From assembly GCA_964016885.1 (NCBI GenBank), contig OZ024741.1, positions 286,440,001-286,504,000 on the forward strand: DNA of 64,000 bases. The letters are read 5' to 3'. Source of the DNA: Eledone cirrhosa. Its lineage: Eukaryota. The position numbers were made by a program, and so were the translations under genes. Of this stretch, positions 25,713-40,274 are shown one piece after another (the first letter of the stretch is position 1; each line of letters opens with the position of its first letter). The notes under the pieces were generated by a model. It saw nothing but the letters and a program-made list of their open reading frames with translations. It did no database searches and was not told where the DNA came from.

Positions 25713-28700
25713 CCACAACAACACGGAAAAATAACAACACAAAACACTGTTCCACCCAACCCCTCCCCACCTAAAACAAATACAAAAGCAACCACAACAA
25801 AACCCCAAAATATACCCCTCCCCAACAACACGGAAGAGAACTCCGTATCAACGTCACCCAGTGACGACGAGGGAGAACCCTTTCAACAGGTGAAAAGGAA
25901 AAAAAAGGCACCACATTAACAAAAATGCTACAAACACACAACCACCAGCACAAACAGAACAAATATCACAAACAAAAAAACCCACCCCTCCCCAAAACAT
26001 AACACATACTACAAAACGCAAACACGCACAAGAACAACAAACAAAAACAAATTCAACACAACAAAAACTCTATACATACATTAACAAGAACAATAAAACG
26101 TTGATGAAAGCAATAGAAAATAACCCTTCGGTGGAAACCGAAGGGATCACTTTCACCTACGTAGTGAACAAAGCGCACCTAATGATGATTAGGGTCCCAA
26201 CGGAAACCTATGTAACTTTGAAAAAGAACCATCCAATGCATGTGGGGGCCAACTGCACCAAACCACTTAACCACGTCCTATTGAGATGTTTCCCCACCCC
26301 CACACCAGACACCCACACCCCACCAAACACCCTAATCCCACCACACACTGATGTCCTCACCCCACCACAAACCACCACCCCACCAAACAACCCTTCCAAC
26401 ACCCCCATGGAAATTGTGCAGCCTAGTCCCTAGGAGACGAAGAGGTAAGTAATTTCTTTTCCTCTTCCTTTTTAACTCTTCAGCACCAACATGGCCAATA
26501 TAAGAGTTGGATGTGTGAATGCACGCGGCCTGGGGATGTCCTGGAAACAGGGCAAACTCTTAAATGACCTCAGGTCGCACAGAGTAGATGTAATGGTTAT
26601 TTGCGAGTCCAGGATCAGCAGCGAGCGCCAACTGGCCCCCATCTTCGACGACTTTGAGATCTACGCATCTGTCTGTCAGCCGAGGGGTGGGGTGGGGTTG
26701 TCGTTCTGCTGCGAAAATACCTGGGTCTTGCCACACAGAAGGTACACCTGGACCCGGAGGGTCGACTGGTGGTTTTAGACGTCGGCAGTGGTGAAGGTGA
26801 AGCTTTCAGGCTGGTGGTAGCGTATGCCCCATCTGGGACACCACGACTGGACTTCTTCCGACGCCTGGAGAATTTCCTGGGAACGTCTCGCTCCTTGCTT
26901 TTAGTGGGGGATTGGAATGGTATCCTGGATGCACGTTGGGACTATGTAGGGGCATGTCCCGATAAAGGGGGGAGTAACAGCCTCAAACGATTAATCGGCC
27001 GATTTGATCTGGCCGATAGATATCGACTAGCTTTTCCGACTGTGCCACTGTGGACGTGGACTAATCTCAGCGGAACATCTAGGTCGTACCTAGATAGGTT
27101 CCTAGTTAAAAATAAGGATAGGGACATATTAAGCTGTCCACGAATGTTCATGGTTGACTATTCGGATCACAAGTTGGTGACCGGAGTGGTCAACCTTGAT
27201 AGAACTCATAGACAGGGACCCGGTTACTGGAAGCTAAACTTGTCTTTACCGACAAACAAAGTTTACAGTAAGCGGATTAGCACACTAGTTAAGCAGCGTT
27301 TGACGGGGGCAATTGTCAACAGCAGGTGGTGGGCTCTCTCAAGAGAGAAATTAGAATAGAATCGTTAGGTTTTAGTCGGGAATTAGCATCAGATAGGAAT
27401 AGAACTGAAAGGGAATTAACAAATAGAGTAGAAGAGGCGATTAGGAGTGGCAACGTGGCCGGCGTGCTGGCGTCAAGAACGGCCCTAGACTAGTTCTTTG
27501 ATGCGAAGCACGAGGGCTGCGTTGTCAGGAGTAAAATACGAGGGAGCCAAAGTTGTTAGCTGGGCCCGAGTCACAGAGGCAAAAATGGAAACAAGTCCAC
27601 GATTCGGTTTTGAAGGACCAGGATGGACGCGTGATCCTTGAACCTGAGTGGATGAGCGCGGCCTTTCAACGGCGCTTTGCACGACTGTTCGGGAAGGGCG
27701 GCGGGCCGGGTGAGGCCATGGGTTCGGTCCATACCTCGACGGTCTGGCGCGGCTCTCGGACGGGGAGGCGAAGTCCTGCGAGAGGCCGATTTCAGCCGCT
27801 GAAATAGGGGAAGCGCTGAACCAATGCGGCAAACGCAAATCTCCGGGTCTCGATGGTCTACCATACGAACTTTATGTAGCAATGCCGGGCTTGTTCTCCG
27901 GTCTCCTCGAGGCGGTCTACTGCATGGCAACAGAACGGGAGAATTCCCAGTTCTGTGACCAAGGTTGTAGTCACGCTGGTGAGGAAGGACGAGAACAAGG
28001 GGGATGACAGATAACTTCAGGCCCATAACTCTGCTAAACACAGAGTTAAAGATTTTGGCCAAGGTGTTAGCGAAGAGGTTGGCGCTTGTCGTCGGGAACC
28101 TGGTGGGAGAAGCGCAGACATGCGCAATCCCGTCCAGGTCCATACACGACAACCTCCAACTCATGCGATACATCGTAGAGAGGGTAGGGAACGAACCCGG
28201 CTTTGGTCGGGCCCTGATCAACTTGGATCAATCTAAGGCGTTCGATAGGGTTTACCATCGGTACCTGGATGCGGTGCTCGCGGCGGCAGGCTTCGGACCC
28301 CTTTTCAGGGGCTGGATTGCTGCAATGCACAGCAGCAACACCTGCTCGAGGGTCAAGGTGAACGGCTACCTCTCGGAGCCGTTCCAAATCACGTGATTCA
28401 TCCGACAGGGATGCCCTCTCTCCTCACTCCTGTATGTGCTGGCTCTCGAGCCACTACTGCGGAAGCTGGAGCTTTTGCAGGGCATCCCCTTGGAACCTGG
28501 ATTGCGGAAAGCGGTGTCGGCCTACGCCGATGACGTGACAGTAATGGTGTTGTGCGCCTCGGAAATCGGGCAGATCGGCACCTTACTGGAGGAATATGAA
28601 AGGTTCACAGGAGCCAAGCTAAACCGGGACAAGTCCGTCGGTTTGCAACTCGGGACGTGGAGGGGCAAAACGATGCCCTCCGACGGCATCGTCGGACGCT

Positions 28701-30742
28701 GGACGGAGGGATCGGTGAAGCTGCTCGGGGTCTGGTTCGAACCGGACCTCCAGGTGGAGAAAAACTGGGACGAGGTAACGGGCAAGGTGTTTGCACTCGC
28801 CCAGAAGTGGGCCGAGTGCAAACTATCCCTGAAAGGTCGAGCGGAGGTGGCGAACGCTTATATAGCGTCCGTCATCTACTACCGCCGTGCCTTGCCCAAA
28901 GAAAACACTCGCCAAAATAGAGTGCACGCTCTTCCGATTTCTTTGGAAGAAGCGGGCTCCTTTGGTGAGAAGATCCATCTGCTGTCAACACCCTTCGAAC
29001 GGAGGGATGGGGATGCCGTGGCTGACGATGCGTAGACACGCATTAAGGCTACGGCACCTCCAGGTATTCCTCACCGGTCAGCCGGTGTGGGCCCTGTTTG
29101 TGAGGCGAGCCTTTCCGAGACTCGTCTCACTCACCGAGCTGCAATCCTGGGTCAAGCAAAGACCGAGAAAAGTGGGCGACTGGCACATTGAATGTGCCCA
29201 GTCACTCACGGCCCTCTGGCAAACGGATCCGGCAATCAGTGGAGACTCAACCTCAACATTCTATAGAGGGTTGGTGCGCAGTAAGTGCGACGACGCTCTC
29301 GGAGGGGCTCTGGGCATGGAGGAAGATGAGCTGGCCAGTCTGTTCGGTAGGACGTTTGGCCCGGGACCGATGGACAACTTCCAAAAGTCCCTGGCTTGGC
29401 AATGTTACCGAAGAGCTCTACCCGTTCGGGACAAGCTCTACAGACACGGGCGCCCGGGTAAGGACCCCTCGAAGAAGATCTGTCCGAGATGCGTGCGTGA
29501 CGAGGAAACCGTCGCACACGCATTCGTACACTGCCCGGGCGTTGCTGACCTGTGGGGCTATGTGGAACGACTACTGTCGCGGGTGGGACCAATCTGGTTG
29601 ACCACCGAGAACATTGTCACGATCAAACCGCCTCCCCCTTTCAAAAACGAAGGAGAGGCAGTTTTCCTCTGTGTGATAGCTATGGCGAAAGAAGTTGTAT
29701 GGTGGACAAGGTTGAAAGGGCTGAGGTCAGACACCTTTCTCTCCGGCCAACAACTGGTCTTTTTTTTCAAGTACCACTTTAGAAGAAGGATCAGAATGGA
29801 GAGAGAGGTGCTCTACCCCAGCAAGTTTTATGAAACATGGGTGAAAGTAGCGAGAATGGCCCGAGTGAATGGGCCTTCTCTCTATATCAGCCTGTAGGTG
29901 AGAGAGGAGAAGAATGAGAAGAGGAAGGAAGCACCCGCTCTTTGTGCTCCTGAAGAGGAGGGTTGCACATTTTTTCGGGGGTGTGTGCGATCTATGTCAA
30001 CGCCCCTCCCTATTGAGGACATCGATTGTTAAATTTAATTTGTTATATGTTTTTTACACGTCTTTTTAAATGTATGTAAACTCCCTCCTTTGTATTTGTC
30101 CCAATCTTTGATGCCCTGGTGGCAAATAAATAGAAATATATATCTACTACGCGGAACTCTCTTCCAATCCCCCTCTCATTATCAATAAACATCAATCTCT
30201 CCCCCTCTATATCTAATATACAACATACTCTACCATCCAAACCTTCCTCTGTATATCAATTACCACCAAACTCTCCCCCTCTCTATATCTATATCTATCT
30301 CTCCCATCTCTCTCTACTTAACATGTACATAAATTGTAGCGCATATAGAAATAGATGTGTGTTTTGGTAGCTTGGAGAGAAAAATATAACAATTGTGGAG
30401 TCACGGCCCCCTGCCCCCTGTTCCATCCCCCTGATTAGTATTGAACATCTGTTCAACTGTCCGTTATGCTGTTAGTTCGTCACTATTGTCTATCTTTATG
30501 TTTGTTCATTCTTGCCTTAATTTTGCAAATAAAATAAAGTAGTGCTTTTTGAGGGGGGGTGGATCCGGACATTTGAGCACAGGGGGTAATTTTTTTTTTT
30601 AATTACCCTTGGTCTCTGCTCAAATGTTTAAAACAATGTTTTCAAAGTTTATTGTTTATAAATTTTGAAATTATTATTTTCCGGGGTGTGACGCCAGAAT
30701 CTAACCTTGTCTAGGATGCCAGGTAGTCTGGTGTCAGCCCTG
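23988..30742. mobile_element. Possible hAT-type MITE hosting a CT-rich minisatellite and Tx1 copy 3
   Basis: Termini CAGGGCCG...GCCGCCTAGGG and CTAGGATGCC...CAGCCCTG; no clear TSD. Confidence 0.4.
24447..30145 (+). mobile_element. Near full-length Tx1/L1-clade LINE, copy 3 (different subfamily, disrupted)
   Basis: ORF1 CYHCLSRGHLRAAC; ORF2 from 26491 with GDWN, SDHK, LDQSKAFDRV, YADDV; ends GCAAATAAATAGAAATATATATCTA. Confidence 0.93.
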
Positions 30743-30769
30743 CATATATGTAAAGTTAACAAAACAAAT

Positions 30770-31125
30770 TATGGTCGATAATGCTGTGGTCATTTCAACC
30801 TTGCTATATGACTGTGGGACCTGGATTTTATATCATCGTCAGATTCAAATATTAGAACGCCTTTACCAGTAGAAGCTTCGCTCAATCTTGAACATCAAAT
30901 GGAAATATTATGTGACCAACAACAAAGTCTTGGAAAGAGCCAACAGTCAAAGCTTCATATCACTGATCAAGAAACACCGTCTTCGATGGTCAAGACATGT
31001 AGCAAGAATGGAAGAGTCAAGGTATTCACATCAATTTTTATTCAGTGAGTTCACTTCAAGAAATAGACAATGGGGTTGCGCTTTTCAAAGATATAAGGAC
31101 CAACTCAAAACAACACTGAATGCCT
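30770..31125 (+). mobile_element. RTE/BovB-like LINE 3' fragment
   Basis: STLLY..TW, RSILNIKW, RLRWSRHVARMEESR, QRYKDQLK. Confidence 0.8.
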
Positions 31126-32184
31126 CGGTAGTCCAAAATTCATCCTCCTCACCAAATACAATTTGCCTGATTACCAGTTTAGTCGCCGACGGCACGACTG
31201 TGCAATGGGTTGTACTGTGATATATGCTATTGGTTATACCGCAATACATAGTTTATATACATACATACACACACACACACATATACACTCACATACACAC
31301 ATAGATACACACAATAATACATACACATACACACTCAAATATATACACACATAAGATGTTCTATTTTACTTCATACATACACATACCTACACACACAAAT
31401 AAAACACACCGATTCACACATCACACATTGCTTTGCACACCCCACTTTACACACAACACCACACCACTTCACACACACATACACCATTCTACATACAATC
31501 ACTCTTGACTAGACACAAATATTACATACCCAACACACAGATACACAGAATCACAATGCAACACACTCAGTATTGTCTCCCCCGAATACCTACACCTTAC
31601 GTATACACACAAATACCTTACGTATACACACAAAGACCACATTACATACACATCCACGACACTTATAAACGATACGCTCACAAATTGTCTCTCTTTACAA
31701 TCGCTTCCTTATCTGTGAAACACGTTATTTTTCACACTACTTTCCATTCGTTACTTATTTTAAGTCATACCACATTAAAGATATTTCTAATTTCGTTCCA
31801 CCGAACATTTTCATTTCCAATCTATTCTGTTCTTTCTCTCTTCTTTTCTTCTGTTTTCTCCTAGGGAAAAGACGATTGGATGAACTCTAACAAAAACAAA
31901 ATTAATTATTTTTCTTCCTTCCAGCGTTAAACCAATATTGCAAACTTTCTATTTCTGTTGTTTGTTTATTTTATTCGTACGACCTTTTTCCTTGATTTAG
32001 TTTCTTTTGGTGGGGTAGAGGCTTCTGTGTAGTGGGGGAGAGTCAACATAATGGCACAATCGAAGGCCCTGCTATTCTTGGACGCCCCTATTTCGGATTT
32101 CACTTGATCTGCATGTATATATGTATATATATTATATATATTTATAATGCACACGTAGAGACATACATATATATATATATGTAT

Positions 32185-32313
<129 letters not shown>

Positions 32314-32529
32314 ATATGCGTATATATAATTTAAATGTACACAAAAGTATGTGGGTGTTTGCATGTGTGTACGCAGAGCCAAATTTAACAATGGTGGAGT
32401 CTAGGGCATAATATGTTTTCGCTACCCTTCTAGTTTTGTATTTACCTATTATTTTCAAGCAAAAGAAAAAGTAATATATTTTAGAGTCCTTCATTGATCA
32501 TTAATATATCTGTATGTAATATAATAATA

Positions 32530-32725
32530 GTTTCTAATTTTGGAACAAGGCCATCAATTTGGAGTGTGGATTGAAAGTCGAATGGTATTTTATTTTATCG
32601 ACTTCCGATTATAGAAAGCCAAGTTAAGCTCGGTGAGATATAAAACCTGTGCGTTGAGGGCCGTAGCGTAATACTGCAAGGCTTTTCATCCGACACACTA
32701 ACGATTCTGCTAATCAATCACCCTC
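32530..32725 (-). mobile_element. Diverged tRNA-derived SINE
   Basis: rc of SINE body (ACAAGGCC, TTTATTTTATCGAC, AACGATTCTGC). Confidence 0.6.
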
Positions 32726-33114
32726 CTATATAATATAATAAGATACTGGTGTTTCGTTTCAATACATTATATCTACAGTTTGCTTAGCTAACAATATGTA
32801 ATAGATAGATGTAAACATCTCATTTCTGTATACTATATCTTTGTGTACAGAAAAAGCTGGAGCAGTTTCAATCTTGTATTAACTTCATCAACGATGTGTC
32901 AACTTTAACAATGATGTATCATCTTTAACTGCCCACAGAAGCAGTTTATAAACCTATTGTTACTACGATCGGATAAACCGATTTTCATTTCATAGCGCTT
33001 TCTTGGCAACGATTTCGATTACTGAATTACTGGTACGTTGCAGTGCCCTCTTTCAATATTATTTTGTACTATAGATTATTTTAGTCAACACTGTATGCAA
33101 TATATGTATAGACC

Positions 33115-33730
33115 CGTAACTCCTGATGGACTCGGAGAGGCACCATCGTGACATACGACGTGTCTTGCGCATTTTAAACCAGGCAGAAACAACCTGTTCT
33201 CCACGTCTGAACACACCTGATTTCTTCCAGAGGGAAAGAGAGAGGAAGTGTAAGGAAGTGAGAAAGGGTTATAGAGGAAGAATCGACCCCAATACTGGGT
33301 TGATGCCTATTTTCTTTTTGCCTCGAAAAGATGAAAGGCAAATTGACCTTGGTGGGATTTGAACTCAGAAAGCGCAGAGAGCCGAAATAAATACCGCAAA
33401 ATATTCTTTCTGGCGTTTTAATGCCAATTCGCCGACTATTTTATATAATAAACAGATGTAAACACTTTGTCTCTATATAAAATAGCTTCGTGAACAAAAA
33501 AGAGAAATCCACCAAATTAGTTTCAATCAGGCTTATAAACCTATTACCATTAAAGGATTAAGTTTGCATAGAATTACCTCCTTTTAAGTTCTGAGTTCAA
33601 ATCTCGCCAAGGATAGCTTTGCCTATCATCTTTATGGGGTTGATAAAATAAAGCACCAGTAATGCACTGGGGTTGATTTAATCGATTTTCCCCTCCTCCT
33701 ATATTTGTTGGCCTTGTGCCTGAATCAGAA
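33115..33730. mobile_element. Two SINEs in opposite orientation (33115-33435 minus, 33585-33730 plus)
   Basis: GATGAAAGGCAAA...GGGATTTGAACTCAG and CTGAGTTCAAATC...GATAAAATAAAGCACCAG. Confidence 0.75.
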
Positions 33731-34539
33731 ACTATAACCAAACGCTTGAGGAAACTGGATAGACCGATTTGCATATTATAATAGTCACTGATGGAAACAT
33801 TAGTAATATAATAAACGCATTTATAACTAATTGGATTTGACAAATAGTTACATTGCTTGGCTTTTCAAATGCAAAATTGTTAATGATTCTAAAATACGAA
33901 TTTAGTAATATAACCGACTCAATAATCGTTCGTAAACGACATTCGAAACTAGGTTTTCCAATTTAGGACTAAATAATCATTTGTGAAAGACATTTGAACC
34001 TATTTTTTTTTCTTCGTTGCAAATTAAGAACTTTGATGAGTTTCTTCTTCATAAAGTACTTCTGCAGACAACTCTATGCCATCAAAGTAGATTAGGAGAG
34101 ATGTCCGAGTTTAATATACTTTTTCAAAATCAACATCATGGTAGTTAAGGATGTATTTAATCATGAATATATTACCACTTTTATATATTGCCTTAGGTTT
34201 TCATTTTTTAACTCTTCTTTTGATGTTAGCTTATATTCATCAAAATGATATTGTAAACTCCAAAAAGAATGATAATCTGAAGTTGCATGGCCAGGATAAT
34301 ATGGAGAGTCAAGCAGGTTTTCACAACCGGATTACTCATTGAGGTCCTTTGTTATTCGTGCAGTATAAACATAGACATTATCATAATGGAAAATAATATA
34401 TTTTCTACGTGCTACGTGTGGGTATTTTTGGTTCAAAGCTGCTTTCATCATATGTATTTATCGTACATATCAGATGCTTTCTGAACACTGTAAATCTAAG
34501 TAATGCTCTTATCCACTGGGCCATTGACACATGTACAAG

Positions 34540-35100
34540 ATTATTGTTTCTAGCATAGACGCCAGGCCAGTTTGGGATATAGAGAGTAGTCGATTAAATC
34601 GAATCAGTACATTACTGGTACTTTATTTTATCGATTACTTATATGTATGAAAGGCAAATCTGCTGATACCGGCGGGATTTAAACTCCGAATGTAAAGAGT
34701 TGTAACTAAACATTTCAACGTATTTTGTTCCAAATCCTAACGCTTTCGCCAGTCCAGGGCCCTACTCTGGAAACAAATACATGTCAGGTTGGTACCTTTG
34801 TCATGAGAAGCTAAGATATGCTTTTGCTGCTATTACTAGGTCGATTGACCAGGTAGAGGAGCCTTTGGTGGCACATTTTATCTCATGCCTTAGAGAGTAG
34901 GAAGTAGAGTTAATGAAATAAGTACCAGTAAAATTCTGAGGCACAATTTATTGACATTTGCATTCCCCTATAAAACACATTACGGTGTCGACATGACAGA
35001 GTTGTTAGAACGTCGGATTGTGTGCTTTGTGGTATTTGTTTCAGCTCTCTACTCTCTGAGTTCAAATCCCGCCGAGGTTAATTTTGCCTTACATCCAGTA
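34540..35100. mobile_element. SINE copies (34540-34755 minus, 35000-35100 plus partial)
   Basis: CTGGTACTTTATTTTATCGA..GGCGGGATTTAAACTC and CTGAGTTCAAATCCCGCCGAGG. Confidence 0.7.
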
Positions 35101-35483
35101 CTTATCTGATATTAAAAAATGAGCCAGAGATAGGGAGAGAATATGGTAAAGAGAGAAAGAGAGAAAGAGAGCGAGATCAAACGAGTAAGTTAGAAATAGG
35201 AAGATAGCCAGAAAGAGTGGGAAAACATGTCATAGAAAAAGATCGAAAGAGTGAGCTAGAGAAAGGAAAAGAGTGGGGAGGAGAGAGAAAGAGAGAGAGT
35301 GTGTGTGAGAGAAAGAGAGAGAGACAAAGAAAGAGAGAGAGGAAAGAAGAGAAAAAGAAAGGTGCGAATAAAGAGTCAGAGAAGAATATTTCCAAAGGAA
35401 GTTAGATGCAATAGATTCATTTAATCACTGAATGAAAGGTTTTCTTTGATTTAAACAAGTAATTCACCTGGATTATTTCTCTC

Positions 35484-35536
<53 letters not shown>

Positions 35537-35582
35537 AGTGTGTGTGTGTGTTTGTGTATGTACACATAAACATATATATGTA

Positions 35583-35683
<101 letters not shown>

Positions 35684-35688
35684 GTATA

Positions 35689-35744
<56 letters not shown>

Positions 35745-35790
35745 CATATATATATATATGTGTGTGTATATGTATATGTGTATATATTTT

Positions 35791-35825
<35 letters not shown>

Positions 35826-36461
35826 ATATGTATATATATATATAGAGAGAGAGAGAGGGGGGGAGAGAGAGAGAGAGAGAGAGGGGAGAGAGAGAAAGAG
35901 AGGTATGTATGTATGTATGTATGTATGTATGTATGTATGTATGTATACAAAATCACAACCACATGATTTTACACACACACAAACACAGAGGACTGACTAT
36001 CTGTCGGCAACATGAAAGTAACCAAAGTAGCAGAATTGAGAATGGGTGGTGGGGAAGGAGGCCTTCAATTGATTTCTTTCAAATTTTTGCAATCGATGTT
36101 CTCTTAGGATGGCATCAAAGGTGAATTTTCCTGAATTTCTACCGATTCCGTCCATATAAATGTCATAAACACAGAGTGATTGACTGGCGAATACATCGCC
36201 TTCATCATCATCTCTTCATCACCATCAATATCATCACCATTATTGTCGTCTGCTTTTTACTCCTCCTTTTCATCATAATATTCTTCCTCTTCCTTCTCAT
36301 CATCATCATCGTTATTATCATCGTCCCTTTCGCCACCACCTTCACCACCACCACCACCGTAATTTGCATCATTTTTCTCCTCCTCCATCCATATGATTGT
36401 CTTTATCTATCTATAACTATATCTATCCACCTATCTAATCTAACTATATCCCCCTCTCTCT

Positions 36462-36495
<34 letters not shown>

Positions 36496-36500
<5 letters not shown>

Positions 36501-36593
36501 AAAATGTTCAAGACCCCGACGGCAGAGCTCAAGCCGTTTCGACGTCTGTCGAAACACTTGAGCTCTGCCGTCGGGGTCTTGAACATTTTCCTA
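36496..36593. repeat. Near-perfect palindrome of about 98 bp
   Basis: ATAGGAAAATGTTCAAGACCCCGACGGCAGAGCTCAAG...CTTGAGCTCTGCCGTCGGGGTCTTGAACATTTTCCTAT. Confidence 0.95.
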
Positions 36594-36670
36594 TTACCCA
36601 CTCTACTACCCAAAGTATTGAGTACTCTGATGCGTTATGGTCCACCTCGTTCCTTACCACACTTCCTTCG

Positions 36671-36770
<100 letters not shown>

Positions 36771-36797
36771 ATGTAATAAACAAGATAAGGCAATTAT

Positions 36798-36855
36798 TCC
36801 ATTTACCAGTGGTTTCTTAAAAACAAAAAATTTTGCTTTCAATCATCAGAATGAA
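36798..36855 (-). ncRNA. Type I hammerhead ribozyme motif, family A copy 1
   Basis: Reverse complement matches copy 2 except one stem II C>U; CUGAUGA...GAAA-CCACUGG-UA core intact. Confidence 0.82.
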
Positions 36856-36909
36856 AAAATCATGAATTTGGATTTTAAAATCCAAATTCAATAAACAGAC
36901 CAGGATTTT

Positions 36910-36967
36910 TTCATTCTGATGATTGAAAGCAAAATTTTTTGCTTTTAAGAAACCACTGGTAAATGGA
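36910..36967 (+). ncRNA. Type I hammerhead ribozyme motif, family A copy 2 (intact core)
   Basis: UUCAUU-CUGAUGA-UUGAAAGCAAAAUUUUUUGCUUUUAA-GAAA-CCACUGG-UA-AAUGGA: stem I UUCAUU/AAUGGA, full core, long stem II, short stem III, GUA triplet (predicted cleavage after 36961). Confidence 0.85.
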
Positions 36968-37060
36968 ATAATTGCCTTATGTTGTTTATTACATAACTAT
37001 TAAGCTCTGTTACCTACATAGAGCACTCTTTTTTCCTGGACTTTTCCGGCGGAATTACTT

Positions 37061-37105
<45 letters not shown>

Positions 37106-37200
37106 GAAGTAATTCTGTCGGAAATGTACAGGAAAAAAAGAGTGCTCTATGTAGGCTACAGAGCTTATTAGTTATGTAATAAACAAGATAAGATAATTAT

Positions 37201-37258
37201 TTCATTTACCAGTGGTTTCTTGAAAGCAGATATTGTATGTTTTCAGTCGTCAGAATGA
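37201..37258 (-). ncRNA. Type I hammerhead ribozyme motif, family A copy 3 (diverged stem II)
   Basis: rc UUCAUU-CUGACGA-CUGAAAACAUACAAUAUCUGCUUUCAA-GAAA-CCACUGG-UA-AAUGAA; core kept, perfect 6-bp stem I, stem II loop changed. Confidence 0.78.
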
Positions 37259-38268
37259 ATAAAAAACATGGTGTTTTTATTAAATATGGATTTGAAAATA
37301 AAATTTAAGAAATATGAAAGTGAGGCTGAGAAAAAAAAAACGGGCGAAAGGAAGAAAAAAAACAAATATATATATATAAACAATAATTATCCAGAACGTA
37401 AACATACACACACTAAACCACGCGCATATACTTAAAAAGTACGAAGACGTATACTTTTTCACATAAGTGTATTAGCGTCTACAGACTGACATAAATACAT
37501 ACACATACATATACAAGAAGTAATAGATAAATAAAAACAAAAAATATACAAAGTCAAAAACAAAATAAAGACAAAAAGGAGACGTGTTAACAACGATATG
37601 GGTGTGTGGAGGGATGGGGCGGGGAAATAAAAACAACTTAAAAAGAAACAAATACATGAGATGTGCATATACATAAATATATATATATATATATATATAA
37701 GTATACACATACATACACACACACACACACATATACAAGCATAGATAATCATACACACGTATAAAAACACACACACATATGCATGTGTATATATATATAT
37801 ATATACACAAAAATATAAAATAAACATACGTACACATACACATACACGTGCGAGCAAAAAAACATATACACATACACAACCACACGCATACACACGTATA
37901 TATAAACATGCATACAACCATATTACACACACATCCACATACATACATACATACATACATACATACATACATACATACATACATACATACATACATACAC
38001 ATAAAAGTCTACAATAAAGAGCATTGGTTCATAACCTACGTACATACGTATACAAATGCTTGCGCGCGCACGCAGGTAATAAGAAATCAACACACACATA
38101 CAAAAAAACCCATACGTAAATCAATACACACATAATAAAGCATATATACAACCGCATACACACACATATACGTAAACATATACATATAACCAGATATAAA
38201 AATAATATAAACATATACAAACACACACATATATATATATACACACGAACACATATAGATATATATAT

Positions 38269-38309
<41 letters not shown>

Positions 38310-38529
38310 CATATATATATACATACATATATATATACATATATATATATGTATATATATACACGCACACATACACACACACATACACACACACATACAA
38401 TTAAATAATCAAAATACTATAAAAGTATGTACACATAAGCCTGTCTGCATATGCACCCGCACACAACCCTATGTGAGTACATTAAATAACCTAGTGGGTA
38501 AGTAAGGACAAAAGGGGAGTAAAATTGAA

Positions 38530-40135
38530 ATAAAATAATAAATACGATTATTAAGAGCAGGTAAGGGAAAAATGTGTTGTAAAAGGTTTGTGATGAGATC
38601 TAGATAAGAGTATCTGGTTCAAAAGTGAACTGAGTAAAGGATAAAGGTGGTGGGTGTGTATATGTAAAAGGTAAGGTAGAAAGTAGGGGGGATTATAAGA
38701 CAACTGAAAAAAATTATAAAAATAAAAATAAAAAGATAAAAATAAAGGATATATAGAAAGAGATGAGGGAGAAAAATTATATATGGGTAGAAAGTATGAG
38801 TTCATAAGGTAATAATATTCGTGGTGAGTGGAAGGCGTGATGAGTAAAGAAGCTCAAGGTGATTGAGTAATCGTAGGAATGTTAATCCAGTTAAAAAGTA
38901 GATGCGATTTCAGATGCGGACAACATCTGAAGATCTCGGTCTTAGAGTTGAGGCAAGTGGAAGGGGCTTTCAAGTTTTGGAGAATTCTAAATGTTTCCGT
39001 GGTGCACAAAGAACATTTTTTCGTTCCCCTTTGGTATTCTCTTCAATGGTCTAAAATAGACCAATCAATCGTGTACGGAATGTATTTGTTTTTGAACTCC
39101 CACACTTTATTTGCCAGCACCGTTGCTGTTCCTTTTTCAGGGTGTTTGAAAGAAGCGACATGTGCATAATACCTGGTTTTGAATCTGTCCTGAGTCATGC
39201 CAACATATCGTTCACTCCTGGCTGGCTGGTTATTAATCATTTGTGTGTCAATTTAGCCTCATACATAATAGATTTGGTATTACATTTACCCTGTAATGGG
39301 CATTCTTCCAGCTTCCTGCAACTGCATCCTGGATTTACTCTCGTACGATTAGAGTTGGTAATTTTAGTCTTCATTGATGGGCAGCAATAGTAACTGATTT
39401 TGACTACATTTTTATTAAATATCTTATATCTATGATTAGGGGGAAAATGTTTGTCTAGGAGGTCGAGGAATTTTCTTCCTACATTAGTTTTAACAGTTAG
39501 AGAGAAGGGAGTGTAAACCAAATAATTTTTCTTTTCCTGTTATTGTGTTTAGTGTTAGAGAGAGGAGTAGGTAAATATTTAATATGTTCAGTGAAGGCCT
39601 TATTATATTAAAAATGTCTATAGACGAGGATAAAGTAGAAATCCTACGGCTAATATTAGGAATAAGATGTTTAAAGACTATTGTGTAAATTCTCGTTAGG
39701 TTTATGATAAGGTTTAAAAGAGGCAGTAAGTAGATCAAGATTAATATCAAGAAAGTTAGTATTAGTAAGATTCGTATTTATAGTAATTTTAAGGTTTAGG
39801 TTAGCAAAGGTATTGATTAAATCTTTACGGGATTTATCAAGGTTATGGCCGTTGGTGGTATGAGAAACTGCCAACCCGTCGTCTCGGTATAAACCGATAT
39901 TATGGCAAGGAAATTTCTCTTTAAAGGTGTAGAGGAGGAATAATCCTATTAAGTCGCACACATCAGCACTATCATATGAGCCCATCGCAACATCAAAAGA
40001 GTTTTCAGGGCTTGATTTTTTAACCCAAATACTTTCATTAACAAAGAGTAGTGTTTTTCTAGCATGAAAGATAACGTCTTCTAATTTAGAAATATTAATG
40101 AAAGGTCTTGCAAAATCAAATATCAAATTGGGTAA
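38530..40135 (-). mobile_element. Penelope-like element (RT + C-terminal GIY-YIG with CxCx5Cx5C linker), degraded
   Basis: FDVAMGSYDSADVCDLIG, LYRDDGL, NFLDINLDL, CSCRKLEECPLQGKC, IMY...RYVGMT..FKTRY..H..SF; 3' boundary approximate. Confidence 0.9.
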
Positions 40136-40274
40136 ATCTACACTTATTCTTTCCTTGTATATTATTAAGCCAAGAAATAACAGATGATGTATTTAATCAT
40201 TGTGATGTCAGTCATAGTTCTTATTTGAAATATTATTTTTCTTAAGATTTTTTTACTATATATATATATATATC

